Shown piece by piece: positions 9,736-22,181 of a stretch of 64,000 nucleotides of DNA (its first letter is position 1; every line of letters starts with the position of its first letter). The stretch spans positions 397,792,001 to 397,856,000 of the forward strand of contig OZ024741.1 in NCBI GenBank assembly GCA_964016885.1. The letters are read 5' to 3'. The translations under genes were made by a program, and so were the position numbers. The DNA is from Eledone cirrhosa (Eukaryota). Below the pieces are notes generated by a model. That model saw only the letters and a program-made list of their open reading frames with translations. It searched no databases and had not been told where the DNA came from.

Positions 9736-10454
9736 TATATATTCTCCATCATTAGTAAGTAAGCAGCCTACAGTGACTGATAGTAATGACAGAACAGGTC
9801 TAGAAACAGTTGACTGGTAAAATGACAAGTCTGTCAATCATATTGGTGGTCTCCCCACAGCCCCGGTGGACAGAATAGAGAAGGCGTTTCCCCGGCGAAC
9901 GGCAAGGGAGACGAGCTGGAAAAGCCATTCCAGCTCTTGAGGCTCACACCCGTGGCTGGCCAGCTCAGTGCCTTTGGTGGTGAGTAGGGAGGTAGCCCTA
10001 GGGCCGAGGACCCCAGATGGTGGGGGTGGGGATGAGAGGGGACAGGAGGTCGTGGGGGCGGGTATTGTGTCCTATGTTAATGTCTCTGTACTGAAAAGTT
10101 GAGGAAGAAGACAAGGTTTATCTTAAGGAAACTTTTTTCTCTTTGTGGCCAATCTATAAATATGATATGACCATTCTATTGTTTAGGGGATCAGGGGTCA
10201 TTTTGTTGAGTTTGTTTGTTGTTCTCCCCCCTCTCTGTAGATATAGATATATATTTATATATATCTCTCTATCTCCCCCCCTCTCTCTCTCTTTCTCTCT
10301 CCTCTCTCTCTTTGTCTGTAGATATATATATATTTATCTCTATCTCTATCTCCCTCCCTCTCTATCCCCCCCTCTCTCTCTCTGTTTTAGTGAGAAGGGA
10401 AGGGCAGAAGGTAGACTCCATGATATCTGTAACCTCCTTTTAATATTGTTAAGT

Positions 10455-13400
10455 TTGATGTTTGAATGTAGCTCCAACATGTGTATGGTGGCAGTTGTGG
10501 TGAGAGTGATGTTTGAATGTAGCTTCCACATGTGTATGGTGACAGTTGTGGTGAGAGTGATGTTTGAATGTAGCTTCCACATGTGTATGGTGACAGTTGT
10601 GGTGAGAGTGATGTTTGAATGTAGCTTCCACATGTGTATGGTGGCAGTTGTGGTGAGAGTGATGTTTGAATGTAGCTTCCACATGTGTATGGTGGCAGTT
10701 GTGGTGAGAGTGATGTTTGAATGTAGCTTCCACGTGTGTATGGTGACAGTTGTGGTGAGAGTGATGTTTGAATGTAGCTTCCACATGTGTATGGTGGCAG
10801 TTGTGGTGAGAGTGATGTTTGAATGTAGCTTCCACGTGTGTATGGTGACAGTTGTGGTGAGACTGGTGTTTGAATGTAGCTTCCAGATGTGGATGGTGGC
10901 AGTTGTGGTGAGAGTGGTGATTGAATGTAGCTTCCACATGTGTATGGTGGCAGTTGTGGTGAGACTGGTGTTTGAATGTAGCTTCCACATGTGTATGGTG
11001 GCAGTTGTGGTGAGAGTGATGTTTGAATGTAGCTTCCACATGTGTGTGGTGACAGTTGTGGTGAGAGTGATGTTTGAATGTAGCTTCTACATGTGTATGG
11101 TGGCAGTTGTGGTGAGAGTGGTGTTTGAATGTAGCTTCCACATGTGTATGGTGACAGTTGTGGTGAGACTGGTGTTTGAATGTAGCTCCAACATGTGTAT
11201 GGTGACAGTTGTGGTGAGAGTGATGTTTGAATGTAGCTTCCACATGTGTATGGTGACAGTTGTGGTGAGAGCGATGTTTGAATGTAGCTTCCACATGTGT
11301 ATGGTGGCAGTTGTGGTGAGAGTGGTGTTTGAATGTAGCTTCCACATGTGTATGGTGACAGTTGTGGTGAGACTGGTGTTTGAATGTAGCTTCCACATGT
11401 ATATGGTGGCAGTTGTGGTGAGACTGGTGTTTGAATGTAGCTCCAACATGTGTATGGTGGCAGTTGGGGTGAGACTGGTGTTTGAATGTAGCTTCCACAT
11501 GTGTATGGTGACAGTTGTGGTGAGAGTGATGTTTGAATGTAGCTTCCACAGGTGTATGGTGACAGTTGTGGTGAGAGTGATGTTTGAATGTAGCTTCCAC
11601 ATGTGTATGGTGGCAGTTGTGGTGAGAGTGATGTTTGAATGTAGCTTCCACATGTGTATGGTGACAGTTGTGGTGAGAGTGATGTTTGAATGTAGCTTCC
11701 ACATGTGTATGGTGGCAGTTGTGGTGAGAGTGGTGTTTGAATGTAGCTTCCACATGTGTATGGTGACAGTTGGGGGAAAGTGATGTTTGAATGTAGCTTC
11801 CACATGTGTATGGTGACAGTTGTGGTGAGACTGGTGTTTGAATGTAGCTTCCAACATGTGTATGGTGACAGTTGTGGTGAGAGTGATGTTTGAATGTAGC
11901 TTCCACATGTGTATGATGACAGTTGTGGTGAGAGTGATGTTTGAATGTAGCTCCAACATGTGTATGGTGGCAGTTGTGGTGAGAGTGATGTTTGAATGTA
12001 GCTTCCACATGTGTATGGTGGCAGTTGTGGTGAGAGTGGTGTTTGAATGTAGCTCCAACATGTGTATGGTGGCAGTTGTGGTGAGAGTGGTGTTTGAATG
12101 TAGTTCCAACATGTGTATGGTGGTGTTTGAATGTAGCTTCCACGTGTGTTTGGTGGCAGTTGTGGTGAGACTGGTGTTTGAATGTAGCTTCCACATGTGT
12201 ATGGTGACAGTTGTGGTGAGAGTGGTGTTTGAATGTAGCTTCCACATGTGTATGGTGACAGTTGTGGTGAGAGTGGTGTTTGAATGTAGCTCCAACATGT
12301 GTATGGTGACAGTTGTGGTGAGAGTGGTGTTTGAATGTAGCTTCCACATGTGTGTGGTGAGAGTGGTGTTTGAATGTAGCTTCCACATGTGTATGGTGAG
12401 AGTGGTGTTTGAATGTAGCTTCCACATGTGTATGGTGGCAGTTGTGGTGAGAGTGATGTTTGAATGTAGCTTCCACATGTGTATGGTGAGAGTTGGGGTG
12501 AGAGTGGTGTTTGAATGTAGCTTCCACATGTGTATGGTGACAGTTGTGGTGAGAGTGATGTTTGAATGTAGCCCCAACATGTGTATGGTGACAGTTGTGG
12601 TGAGAGTGGTGTTTGAATGTAGCTTCCACATGTGTATGGTGACAGTTGTGGTGAGAGTGATGTTTGAATGTAGCTTCCACATGTGTATGGTGGCAGTTGT
12701 GGTGAGAGTGGTGTTTGAATGTAGTTCCAACATGTGTATGGTGACAGTTGGGGTGAGAGTGGTGTTTGAATGTAGCTTCCACATGTGTATGGTGATAGTT
12801 GTGGTGAGAGTGGTGTTTGAATGTAGCTCCAACATGTGTATTGTGACAGTTATGGTGAGACTGGTGTTTGAATGTAGCTTCCACATGTGTATGGTGGCAG
12901 TTGTGGTGAGAGTGATGTTTGAATGTAGCTTCCACATCTGTATTGTGACAGTTGTGGTGAGACTGGTGTTTGAATGAAGCTTCCACATGTGTATGGTGGC
13001 AGTTGTAGTGAGACTGGTGTTTGAATGTAGCTTCCACATCTGTATGGTGAGAGTTGTGGTGAGAGTGATGTTTGAATGTAGCTTCCACATGTGTATGGTG
13101 GCAGTTGTGGTGAGAGTGGTGTTTGAATGTAGCTTCCACGTGTGTATGGTGACAGTTGGGGTGAGAGTGGTGTTTGAATGCAGCTTCCACATGTGTATGG
13201 TGACAGTTGTGGTGAGAGTGGTGTTTGAATGTAGCTCCAACATGTGTATGGTGGCAGTTGTGGTGAGAGTGGTGTTTGAATGTAGCTTCCACATCTGTAT
13301 GGTGACAGTTGTGGTGAGACTGGTGTTTGAATGTAGCTTCCACATGTGTATGGTGAGAGTGGTGTTTGAATGTAGCTCCAACATGTGTATGGTGGCAGTT

Positions 13401-13606
13401 GTGGTGAGAGTGGTGTTTGAATGTAGCTTCCACATGTGTATGGTGACAGTTGGGGTGAGAGTGGTGTTTGAATGTAGCTTCCACATGTGTATGGTGACAG
13501 TTGGGGTGAGAGTGGTGTTTGAATGTAGCTTCCACATGTGTATGGTGGCAGTTGTGGTGAGAGTGGTGTTTGAACGTAACTTCCACATGTGTATGGTGAC
13601 AGTTGT
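10455..13606. repeat. 51-bp minisatellite, ~60 copies, within the last PLK intron
   Basis: Unit gtgatgtttgaatgtagcttccacatgtgtatggtgacagttgtggtgaga (17 codons). Source of the long repetitive ORFs on both strands. Confidence 0.97.
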
Positions 13607-13829
13607 CTCAGGTTGTTGTCATTTGTCTAATTGAAATCAGAGATCAGAGATTAGGGACCAGTTTCCGGGGCCCAACACAAGGAGGTCTACAAACTTGAGC
13701 CCTGATAGAAAGATAAGACCTGGTAACAAGAGAGGTAGATACAAATGTTTTGGTTAGGATTAGGTAGAGGTAGAGGTATGCAATTAGCTTCTTCAGAGGA
13801 ACAGTAGTCATTATAATAAGTCAATAATA

Positions 13830-14020
13830 GGGCGGTGAATTGGCAGTATCGGTAGAGGGTCGGACGCCATGCTTTCCAGCATAGCTACGTCTCTTTACTC
13901 TCTGAGTTCAAATACCACCGAGGTTAACTTTGCCTTTCATCCTTCCGGGGTTGATAAAATAAAGTACCAGTAATATACTAGATAATTGCTGGCCTTGTGC
14001 CAATAGTAGAAACAATTATA
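13830..14020 (+). mobile_element. SINE family A, near full length
   Basis: gggcggtgaattggcagtatcggtagag head, gagttcaaatacc B-box, ctttgcctttcatccttccggggttgataaaataaagtaccag, tail ggccttgtgcc...gtagaaacaatta. Confidence 0.8.
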
Positions 14021-14494
14021 AGATATACTAAACCAAGTGAAGAAACAGTACACCATATCTATGTGCCAGTAGTTGTGTGTGCATTAGCTGGTAAATTATT
14101 GCCAATCAGTTGTATAGTTTTCATTTAAATGTAGTTAATGGTGTTTATGTAGTAGCATTACTGTACTAAATGTGAAAACTGTACTTCATTGTAGACCTTT
14201 GTTGAACTTTCTAGAACACTAGTTATTCAACAGCTGAAGAGGAAAGTTTGTCTTAGAGATGTGGTTTTAGTTAAATTATGTATGTAGAATGATCAGTAAA
14301 GATCATCAGAGATTGTTAGGCCATTTGAAACTTTGAGGGGTGTAATTGTGTGTGTGTCAAACACTGAAGATAATAGAAATACAAGATTGAAATGTGCTGT
14401 GATCACATCTTTCTGCAGTTGAAAGATACTGGATTGTTACAACCCTATTGGAGAATGATTTTGAAGGTTCTCTTCATGGAGATATTACAGGCTT

Positions 14495-14862
14495 GGAGTA
14501 TAGTGTTCTGGGTTGGGTGTAGGTGAGGTTTATACAAGGGTGCAGGGTTGAAATATAGTGTCTAGGTTGGGTGGAGGTGAGGTTTATATGAGGGTGGAGG
14601 GTTGGAGTATAGTGTTCTGGGTTGGGTGTAGGTGAGGTTTATACAAGGGTGCAGGGTTGGAATATAGTGTCTAGGTTGGGTGGAGGTGAGGTTTATATGA
14701 GGGTGGAGGGTTGGAGTATAGTGTTCTGGGTTGGGTGTATGTGAGGTTTATACAAGGGTGCAGGGTTGGAATATAGTGTCTAGGTTGGGTGGAGGTGAGG
14801 GTGGAGGATTGGAATATAGTGTCTAGGTTGGGTGGAGGTGGGGGTTTATATGAGGGTGCAGG
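14495..14862. repeat. G-rich 54/55-bp alternating minisatellite (109-bp dimer)
   Basis: ggagtatagtgttctgggttgggtgtaggtgaggtttatacaagggtgcagggtt alternates with ggaatatagtgtctaggttgggtggaggtgaggtttatatgagggtggagggtt. Confidence 0.9.
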
Positions 14863-15200
14863 TCTCTATTGAGATCTAGAGTGGACCACTTAAAGATAAT
14901 GGACAGAACATTGTCTTAACTGATGGCCTTGCATGTCTGAAATAACCAGAAGGGTTTCTGTAGATATGTGACTAAGGTAGCAGAGTGGGATTTGAAAGAT
15001 ATTTAACTGCTATTTCTAGCAGGTCTATTGATTACATAGAAGCCCTCCCTTGTTGGATTGTGAGTTGTCTGGTGAAGTCATTCAGTTGAAATCAATTCAA
15101 TCAGTAGTCAAATTGATTAGGAGATCAATAAACAATAACCAGGTATATAGAAATAGAAGTGTTTTAATCCTGATTTTTTCTCTCTCTTCTTTTGTTTCAG

Positions 15201-15410
15201 GTGAATATTTTGAGTGACCACACCAAGATGATTATTAGTTGTAACCAGAACAACTACTTGGTCACTTACATTGACAAAAGAAGGATTGCTCACACGTATA
15301 GTGTAGTCTCCATCATGAAGTACAGCTGCATATCAGACATACGAGAACGTTTACGGTTTACACATAGCATGCTGGAAAACCTGATCAACAATGAAGGTGA
15401 AAGCATTTGA
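15201..15410 (+). CDS. PLK: Polo-like kinase, last coding exon (polo-box 2 with the DHTK phosphopeptide pincer, then stop). PLK1 versus PLK2/3 subfamily not resolved
   Basis: Long polypyrimidine acceptor tttttctctctcttcttttgtttcag. Reads VNILSDHTKMIISCNQNNYLVTYIDKRRIAHTY...RERLRFTHSMLENLINNEGESI*. The His/Lys equivalent to PLK1 H538/K540 are retained. 'LIKGG' and 'IISCNQNNYLVTYI' lean PLK2/3-like. Confidence 0.93.
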   Translation: MNILSDHTKMIISCNQNNYLVTYIDKRRIAHTYSVVSIMKYSCISDIRERLRFTHSMLENLINNEGESI

Positions 15411-15642
15411 TCTCGGTCATTGGAGCCAATGGCGGAAAAGAAAAATATATATTTCACACATAAATATTTTTTTAAATGGCAGAAAGAAAAAAAAAACATA
15501 TAAATAGATAAATAATTTAAGTAAATGAAATATAAACATTAAATTTCGTTAAAACTCTGTTTTAAATTGCTGCTTAGTTTAATGGCAATAGGGAATCAGT
15601 GATATTATATGGTTTAGAAGTCTTCCATTGAACCTCTGTTGG

Positions 15643-15673
<31 letters not shown>

Positions 15674-15837
15674 AGAGGATCAGAAAGGTGGTGAAAGATG
15701 TATATGTCAGTAAATTAAATGAGATTATTCAGAACTTAACTTAATGTGTGGTTCTGTGAAAAGACATTCCTAGATAGACATAGGTAGAATGCTTCAAGAG
15801 TTCAATGACACATTAAGCTTGCATTAGCTTCAATCTG

Positions 15838-16350
15838 GAGGCACGTGGCTTAGTGGTAAGGGTGTTGGACTTACAACCATAATGTGGTGGGTTCAATTCC
15901 TGGACTGGGTTGTGTGTTGTGTTCTTGAGCAAAACACTTCATTTCATCTTGCTTCAGTATACTCAGATGAAAATTAGTACCAGCAGCGATAGCCGGAGGT
16001 TTAACCCTGTAATGGACTAGTGTCCTGTCCAAGGGGTCTCGTGTATTCTCAGTTGCTTAATGCCATGGAAACCAGGATAAGCACTGGCCTGATGAGCCTC
16101 GAGGCTTGAGAGTGACTTTCCCCTGCGATGGACTGACGTCCTGTCCAGGGGGTATCTTGTACTCTCATCACTTCATGCCATCAGAATTGAGATAAGCACC
16201 GTTCTGATGAAACTTCTGTCTCGAGACAGACTTTACCTCTGCAATGGACTGGTGTCCTGTCCAGGGGGAGTCTTGTACTCTCTGTCACTTAATGCCGTGG
16301 AAACCAGGATAAACACCAGCCAGATGAACCTCCAGGATCGAGACAGACAT
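15838..16350 (+). mobile_element. tRNA-head SINE family B with triplicated 3' module
   Basis: gaggcacgtggcttagtggtaagg...gggttcaattcc head; 3' module at ~16005, ~16121 and ~16236. Confidence 0.82.
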
Positions 16351-16674
16351 TAGGCTTTTTTTTTGTTTTTTAGCTTGAATTTGGCCATAAATACTAATTA
16401 AACAGACCCAATTAAATCTGATTAAACTATGTTATAATTGTAGAGTGTATACAATCTACAATGACAGTGTGTAATAACTGTATATAATAACTGGTATCAC
16501 ATAGAAACATCTTTCACAGTCTGTATTATAAACTTCATTACCAGATGAAGGAGTGTTGCTATAGTTTCATATATCTCACTTCATCCTTTCAAATTTATCA
16601 ATGTTTTATCACATTTGGATTGCCATCATAATCTCTCCCCTCCCCCTCTCTATCTTTCTTTTTCATTTTCTCTC

Positions 16675-16885
16675 CTACATCTTTCTTTCTTTTTCTATCT
16701 TTCTCCTACACCTCTCTCTCTCCATCTTTCTCCTACTTCTCTCTTTCTTTCTTTCTTTTTCAATCTTTCTCCTACTTCTCTCTTTCTTTCTCTCTTTCTC
16801 AATCTTTCTCCTACTTCTCTCTTTCTTTCTCTCTTTCTCAATCTTTCTCCTACTTCTCTCTTTCTTTCTCAATCTTTCTTTCCTC
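16675..16885. repeat. Pyrimidine-rich 39-bp tandem repeat
   Basis: caatctttctcctacttctctctttctttc... at 16761, 16800 and 16839. Confidence 0.85.
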
Positions 16886-17124
16886 TTCTCTCTGACTTCC
16901 ACCACCAACCCACTCTACCCCCACCTCGTTACTTTTTACCTGTCCAGGTCACCCTAACCTCTTCTAACATTCCATTCACCTGTTATTCTTACCTTACAGT
17001 CAACTAATCTTCCTCTAAGCTCCAGTCTCACTCCACATATTTTAACATCTCTGCCTCCTGCCCTTCAAACAAATCTTCTTTGCATTTATTTCCCAAAGCT
17101 AATATACTGGATGCAGTACATTTT

Positions 17125-17156
17125 TATACATGTATATATGTATATATATGTGTATG

Positions 17157-17204
<48 letters not shown>

Positions 17205-17258
17205 CATGTATGTATGTGTGTATGCATATATCTCTATATATATCTATATATATATATA

Positions 17259-17300
<42 letters not shown>

Positions 17301-17313
17301 TATATATGTGTAT

Positions 17314-17346
<33 letters not shown>

Positions 17347-17430
17347 CATATATATATATATGTATGTATATATATATATACATATATATATATGTGTATA
17401 TATATATATATATATGTGTATATATATATG

Positions 17431-17481
<51 letters not shown>

Positions 17482-17492
17482 ATATATATATG

Positions 17493-17553
<61 letters not shown>
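17125..17553. repeat. (TA)n/(TG)n microsatellite
   Basis: Direct reading. Confidence 0.97.
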
Positions 17554-17558
<5 letters not shown>

Positions 17559-17910
17559 CTTCCTAACTGATCCATTACAATTCTGGGGTCTGATGACATG
17601 AGTATAAGCAATCAAAACAACAACAGCAACAATAATAAACCAGTCATTAAACTGGTCTTGTTTCCTTGGTAAATATAGTAATTCAGCCGCTCTGTACACC
17701 AAACAGAAGACATTCTCTGTTTCTCTGTGAATTGAGTAAAGAAAAACCAACTGCTAAAATTATTATTTTTTTTTTTAAATCAACTTTTTTCTTTTTCTTA
17801 TTTTTTTTTTTTTTTGCAATTGTTTTTGAAATCAAAGAACCTAAAATATATTTCATTCCTAGTTGATATGTCTTTAGTTGGAGAAAATACTCTTTTGAAA
17901 GAGGACACCC

Positions 17911-17913
17911 ATT

Positions 17914-17988
<75 letters not shown>

Positions 17989-18083
17989 GTGTATATATAT
18001 GTGTTTATATATATATATATATATATACACATACATATTTATATATGTATATATATATATATATATATACACATACATATTTA

Positions 18084-18125
<42 letters not shown>

Positions 18126-18135
18126 CATATTTATA

Positions 18136-18179
<44 letters not shown>

Positions 18180-18181
18180 CA

Positions 18182-18262
<81 letters not shown>

Positions 18263-18317
18263 ATATATGTATATAAATATATATATTTGTATATAAATAT
18301 ATAAATATATATATGTG

Positions 18318-18354
<37 letters not shown>
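17911..18354. repeat. (TA)n microsatellite
   Basis: Direct reading. Confidence 0.97.
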
Positions 18355-18356
<2 letters not shown>

Positions 18357-18869
18357 CATTTGTTTTATACCCTTTGAGCGAAATTTTGACTTTAATTACC
18401 TTTTTTTTTTTTTATCTCTAACATCTGCAGTTTATTTTCCCCCACTCTCCACCATCCACCCTCTTACAACAGAATTCATTTTTATAAATTGAAAAGTAAA
18501 ATTGATAGAACTCTTTAATAATTTTGACAGAAAATGAAATTCTTCATGAAATCCAAATTTATCTATCTTGATTAAATCTGTCAGCCTGATCTTTAAAATC
18601 AAATTATCTCTTGTCATAAACTGACATTCTCCAACAATTTTGTAATTCTATCAACTAAAATGTTTCTATTTTCTACAATAACTGTATCTATTATATAATT
18701 TCCCCAGTTAATATTGCAGTAAGTTTTGGTTTTCATGGAGTCTTCAACTCAGCTTTCATGTTTTCATTTTCTACATTACATTTCGATCAATATATACACT
18801 TTGTTTGCATTTAGACACTCTACATTTATATACACATACAAGCGTATACACACACACAATATATATATA

Positions 18870-18971
18870 CAGGGTTTATCAAAAAAAATGTACACACACT
18901 TCAACAGCAATCTAATAAATATTGCCTGTACAGGTAATCAAAGTGTGTATACATTTTTGGGGGACACCCTG
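18870..18971. mobile_element. Tc1/mariner-type MITE
   Basis: TA|CAGGGTttatcaaaaaaaatgtacacacacttcaa ... tcaaagtgtgtatacatttttgggggacACCCTG|TA; ~33-bp imperfect TIRs with TA target duplication. Confidence 0.8.
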
Positions 18972-19002
<31 letters not shown>

Positions 19003-19316
19003 ATATATGTACACTTTGCTAAGCAGCATATATTTGGGATAACACCATGAGTTAGAGAAATCCTAAAGTCAAACTAAACCTAAACCTTTATAAAAATATA
19101 AGGCATTCAATGTTGGTGGCGGGGGGGAGGGGGGAGTTCCAATGAAAGAAAGTATAGTTTAAAATAAAGAAATAGTTTCCAATATTGAAACAAGAGATTG
19201 TAGTTCCATAGAAGACATCTGTGTCAAAAGTTACCATTACCAATCTTTAACTTCGTTGACCAATATATTCCCAACAAGATATCAATACAGGAATATTATA
19301 TTGTTATCACATTTTA

Positions 19317-19516
19317 GGGGGCAGTTGATTGGCAGTATCAGTAGAGTGCCGGACAACATGCTTTGTGGCATAGAGTTACAGCTCTTTACGTTCGAAGTTC
19401 AAATCTTGCCGAGGTTAACTTTACATTTCATTCTTACTGGGACGATAAAATAAAGTACCAGTAATGCATTGGGTTTGATTTAATTGACTTTCCCATTCTC
19501 TTTAAAATGCTGGCTT
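19317..19516 (+). mobile_element. SINE family A, diverged
   Basis: attggcagtatcagtagag...gaagttcaaatc...gataaaataaagtaccagtaatgca. Confidence 0.72.
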
Positions 19517-19794
19517 TTATATACATATATTAATATTGCAGAGAAATTCTATATAAATTAATGGCGGTGCCCCAGCTTGGCCTCACCTTGTCGGCTGGAA
19601 CACGAAATAGATATGTTACTTACAAAGGTTTTATTCTACTTACTGTATGAGCTATGGGATAGGTGCCTTTCATCTAAGTGTTAAAATACTTTCTACAAAG
19701 ATTAAAATGTACAAGGAATTAGTACCATATTTCCTATCATTCAAAAATGTCTTGAAATTTACCAGGCATCCTAAAAAATGTAGATTACATTTTT

Positions 19795-20125
19795 TCTTCT
19801 TCTTCACCCACTTATTCCTGAGAGGTTCGTGGGGGCAGAGTCCTCAAAAACTTCTTTCAGTGGGTCCTGTCAGAAGCAACCATCTCCAGCTGATCTGGCT
19901 GGATCCCCAAACGAGACCAGCTAAGCTCATGGATGTGATCCAACCATCTTGCCTGAGGTCTACTCCAGAGTCTCCTGCTGGTTGGTTTTGCCCATAAAAT
20001 CTGTCCATCAATTCTTTCCTGAAACATTCTAACCACATGTCTATAGTATCAGAGCTGTGATCTCTTAATTTGGAGAAGTAGTGACTCTACCTGGAGTGAC
20101 TCTCTGATCTCTGAGCTACGCACTC
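19795..20125 (-). mobile_element. Decayed RTE-clade (Expander/Rex3-like) LINE C-terminal fragment
   Basis: Minus frame QILWAKPTSRRLWSRPQARWLDHIHELSWSRLGIQPDQLEMVASDRTH*KKFLRTLPPR resembles the RTE 'GRPRxRWxD...DRxxW...LPPR' end. Confidence 0.7.
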
Positions 20126-20481
20126 ATTTTTTGATAATCCAATTTTGACAAAAGAAAAGGGTTATATATATATGTTAAACAGTAATTTGAACTCCCATAT
20201 ATGATCTCTGAATGAAGTATATAAATTATATTTAGTTAAGATAGTAATAAACAAGAATATTATTTGGAACGCAACAAGCAAAGTTTGGAATGTAAATAGA
20301 AATAGAAGCTTCACTGTAACATTTTGATTATAATATAGTCTAATAATGGGGCATATAAGCCCACTCAATGGAAAACGATGTGTGCTGATACCCATCTTTT
20401 TCCATTCTGTGGGTTTATTTGTTGTAGTGCACCTGAGTTCTGTACACAATAATTTCATTATTATTATTATTATTATTATTA

Positions 20482-20512
<31 letters not shown>

Positions 20513-20514
<2 letters not shown>

Positions 20515-20750
20515 TTTGAGTCTCAGTCATTGATGTTAGTTAACTGAAAAGTTTGTTGAAATGAATATCAAGCCACTACCTGCAGCCTCAGATATTCAGG
20601 ACGTATCGGAGGGTTCTTGCTGTTCCCAGCAAGCATGCCTTTTGAAGCGTTCCAAAAAGCGTGAAGGGGCCAATTTTCTTTAACCATCCCTGGAAACTTT
20701 TTGAGATAGTCCCTAGTGCGCCCATGACAATCGGGATCACTTTGACTTCA
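20513..20750 (-). mobile_element. 5'-truncated R4/Dong-like (restriction-like endonuclease) non-LTR retrotransposon in (TAA)n
   Basis: Minus frame EVKVIPIVMGALGTISKSFQGWLKKIGPFTLFGTLQKACLLGTARTLRYVLNI*; (TTA)n on both sides. Confidence 0.8.
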
Positions 20751-20775
20751 TATTATTATTATTATTATTATTATT

Positions 20776-21106
20776 ACAGTTGCATTTATCTTGCTTTATG
20801 TTCATACAAATTATCACCAAGTCACAACCAGTGACCTCAAGAGACAACAAGGTCCGCCATGTTCAAGAAAGAACATACATACTCACACATGCATTTTTAG
20901 TGTTTAGACTTGTGATGTACTTATATTGACAGAATCTTCCTTAGTATATGGGCAGTTCCCATTAGTACTATCTTTTGTATTTCTCCTATACGCGGGTTTC
21001 CTGGGATTTGCGATAAGTAATCATTAGACCCCTTAGGTATCATTCCCAGAGCGCCTACAACCACTGGTATTGTTTTAGTTCTCAATTTCCACATTTTTCC
21101 AATTTC

Positions 21107-21108
<2 letters not shown>
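20776..21108 (-). mobile_element. Second 5'-truncated R4/Dong-like element in (TAA)n
   Basis: EIGKMWKLRTKTIPVVVGALGMIPK...IQKIVLMGTAHILRKILSI*; (TTA)n on both sides. Confidence 0.82.
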
Positions 21109-21144
<36 letters not shown>

Positions 21145-21614
21145 GCCCCAATTTTAGACTATATTATGTAGTCAAAATGTTACACCAAATTTTCTATTTC
21201 TATTTCAATTCCAAAAAATATTATTTTAAAAACAATTTTAATATATGAAATCACAATAACTCCTTCCTTTATAGGCAAGCTGGTAATTTACATGTTGTAT
21301 ATCAATTTTACTGGTATTTTTAATATCTTCAAACAACCCTGATTTTTAAGGGGGACATTTTCAAATCACAAAAGAAATAAAATTATAGGATGTGATAAAA
21401 GTATTGTCTATGTATGGTAAAAATAAAAGAAAAACCAAATACCAACTGTAAGGGGTCAACAGGATCTGAAATATTACTAAACCACTAACAATATACTTTG
21501 CTAAACTAATGTGAAACTGGTCAGAGCTTGTTTTTGTGTTTATCTCTTTTATTGAAGTCTGTCTTTGAGTTTGGAGCATCTTTGGTGCTAAGAGATATCA
21601 TAACTACCATTTAA

Positions 21615-21820
21615 CCCTTTAGCATCTACATTACTCTAAATATACTATTATATTTTCACAGTAAAGGCTTTATCTCACATAATATTGAATCTATGAGATT
21701 TTGATATTATTTATTTTGAGAACAATACCTTAACATCAGTATGAACAGCTGGTTACAGCCGGTTTGAACAGAAAGGTGAGAGAATTCTGGCTGGTTATGG
21801 CCAGTTTAAATGCTAACGGG
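21615..21820. mobile_element. piggyBac-type MITE
   Basis: TTAA|CCCTTTAGCAT ... ATGCTAACGGG|TTAA. Confidence 0.78.
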
Positions 21821-21982
21821 TTAATGAACTTCAACCAGATTTCTTTCCCTCTATTTTTTATTTTAAACATCTATTCAAGGCTTCAATAATTCCATTGATT
21901 TTGTTTCTTACCTGCAGCTTTTTTATACTTAAAAAATGGTTTAACTATTTTATAATATTTACCTGAGTTAGAAAACTACCTA

Positions 21983-22181
21983 CGAGGGTTGGCTGAAAAG
22001 TTTATAGGCTGACCAAGATACTCTCATGGAATGACCAAATGAGGTTTATTTTTTAACATAGTCCCTGGAAAAAAAACAATGCAGTTATCAATAAGAAGAG
22101 TTGAAATTAACGCATATAAGATTTCACAGCTCTAACATCACACCTTCATGGTCAGCCTGTGCACTTTTCAGCCGACCCTTG
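21983..22181. mobile_element. mariner-type MITE
   Basis: TA|CGAGGGTTGGCTGAAAAGTTTATAGGCTGACC ... GGTCAGCCTGTGCACTTTTCAGCCGACCCTTG|TG (right TA mutated). Confidence 0.8.

Noticed and set aside
10143-13634. Long Val/Cys/Met-rich, Thr-rich and SPQL-repeat ORFs
   Set aside because: All are alternative frames of one 51-bp (multiple-of-3) minisatellite inside the PLK intron.
15838-15910. tRNA gene (also 3788, 7112, 13830, 31895)
   Set aside because: A/B-box-like heads continue into SINE bodies; no complete cloverleaf.
16089-16112. CTGATGAGCCTCGAGGC as a hammerhead
   Set aside because: Not followed by GAAA or stems I/III; part of the SINE tail module.
17080-18359. YIYI-type ORFs
   Set aside because: Translations of (TA)n microsatellites.
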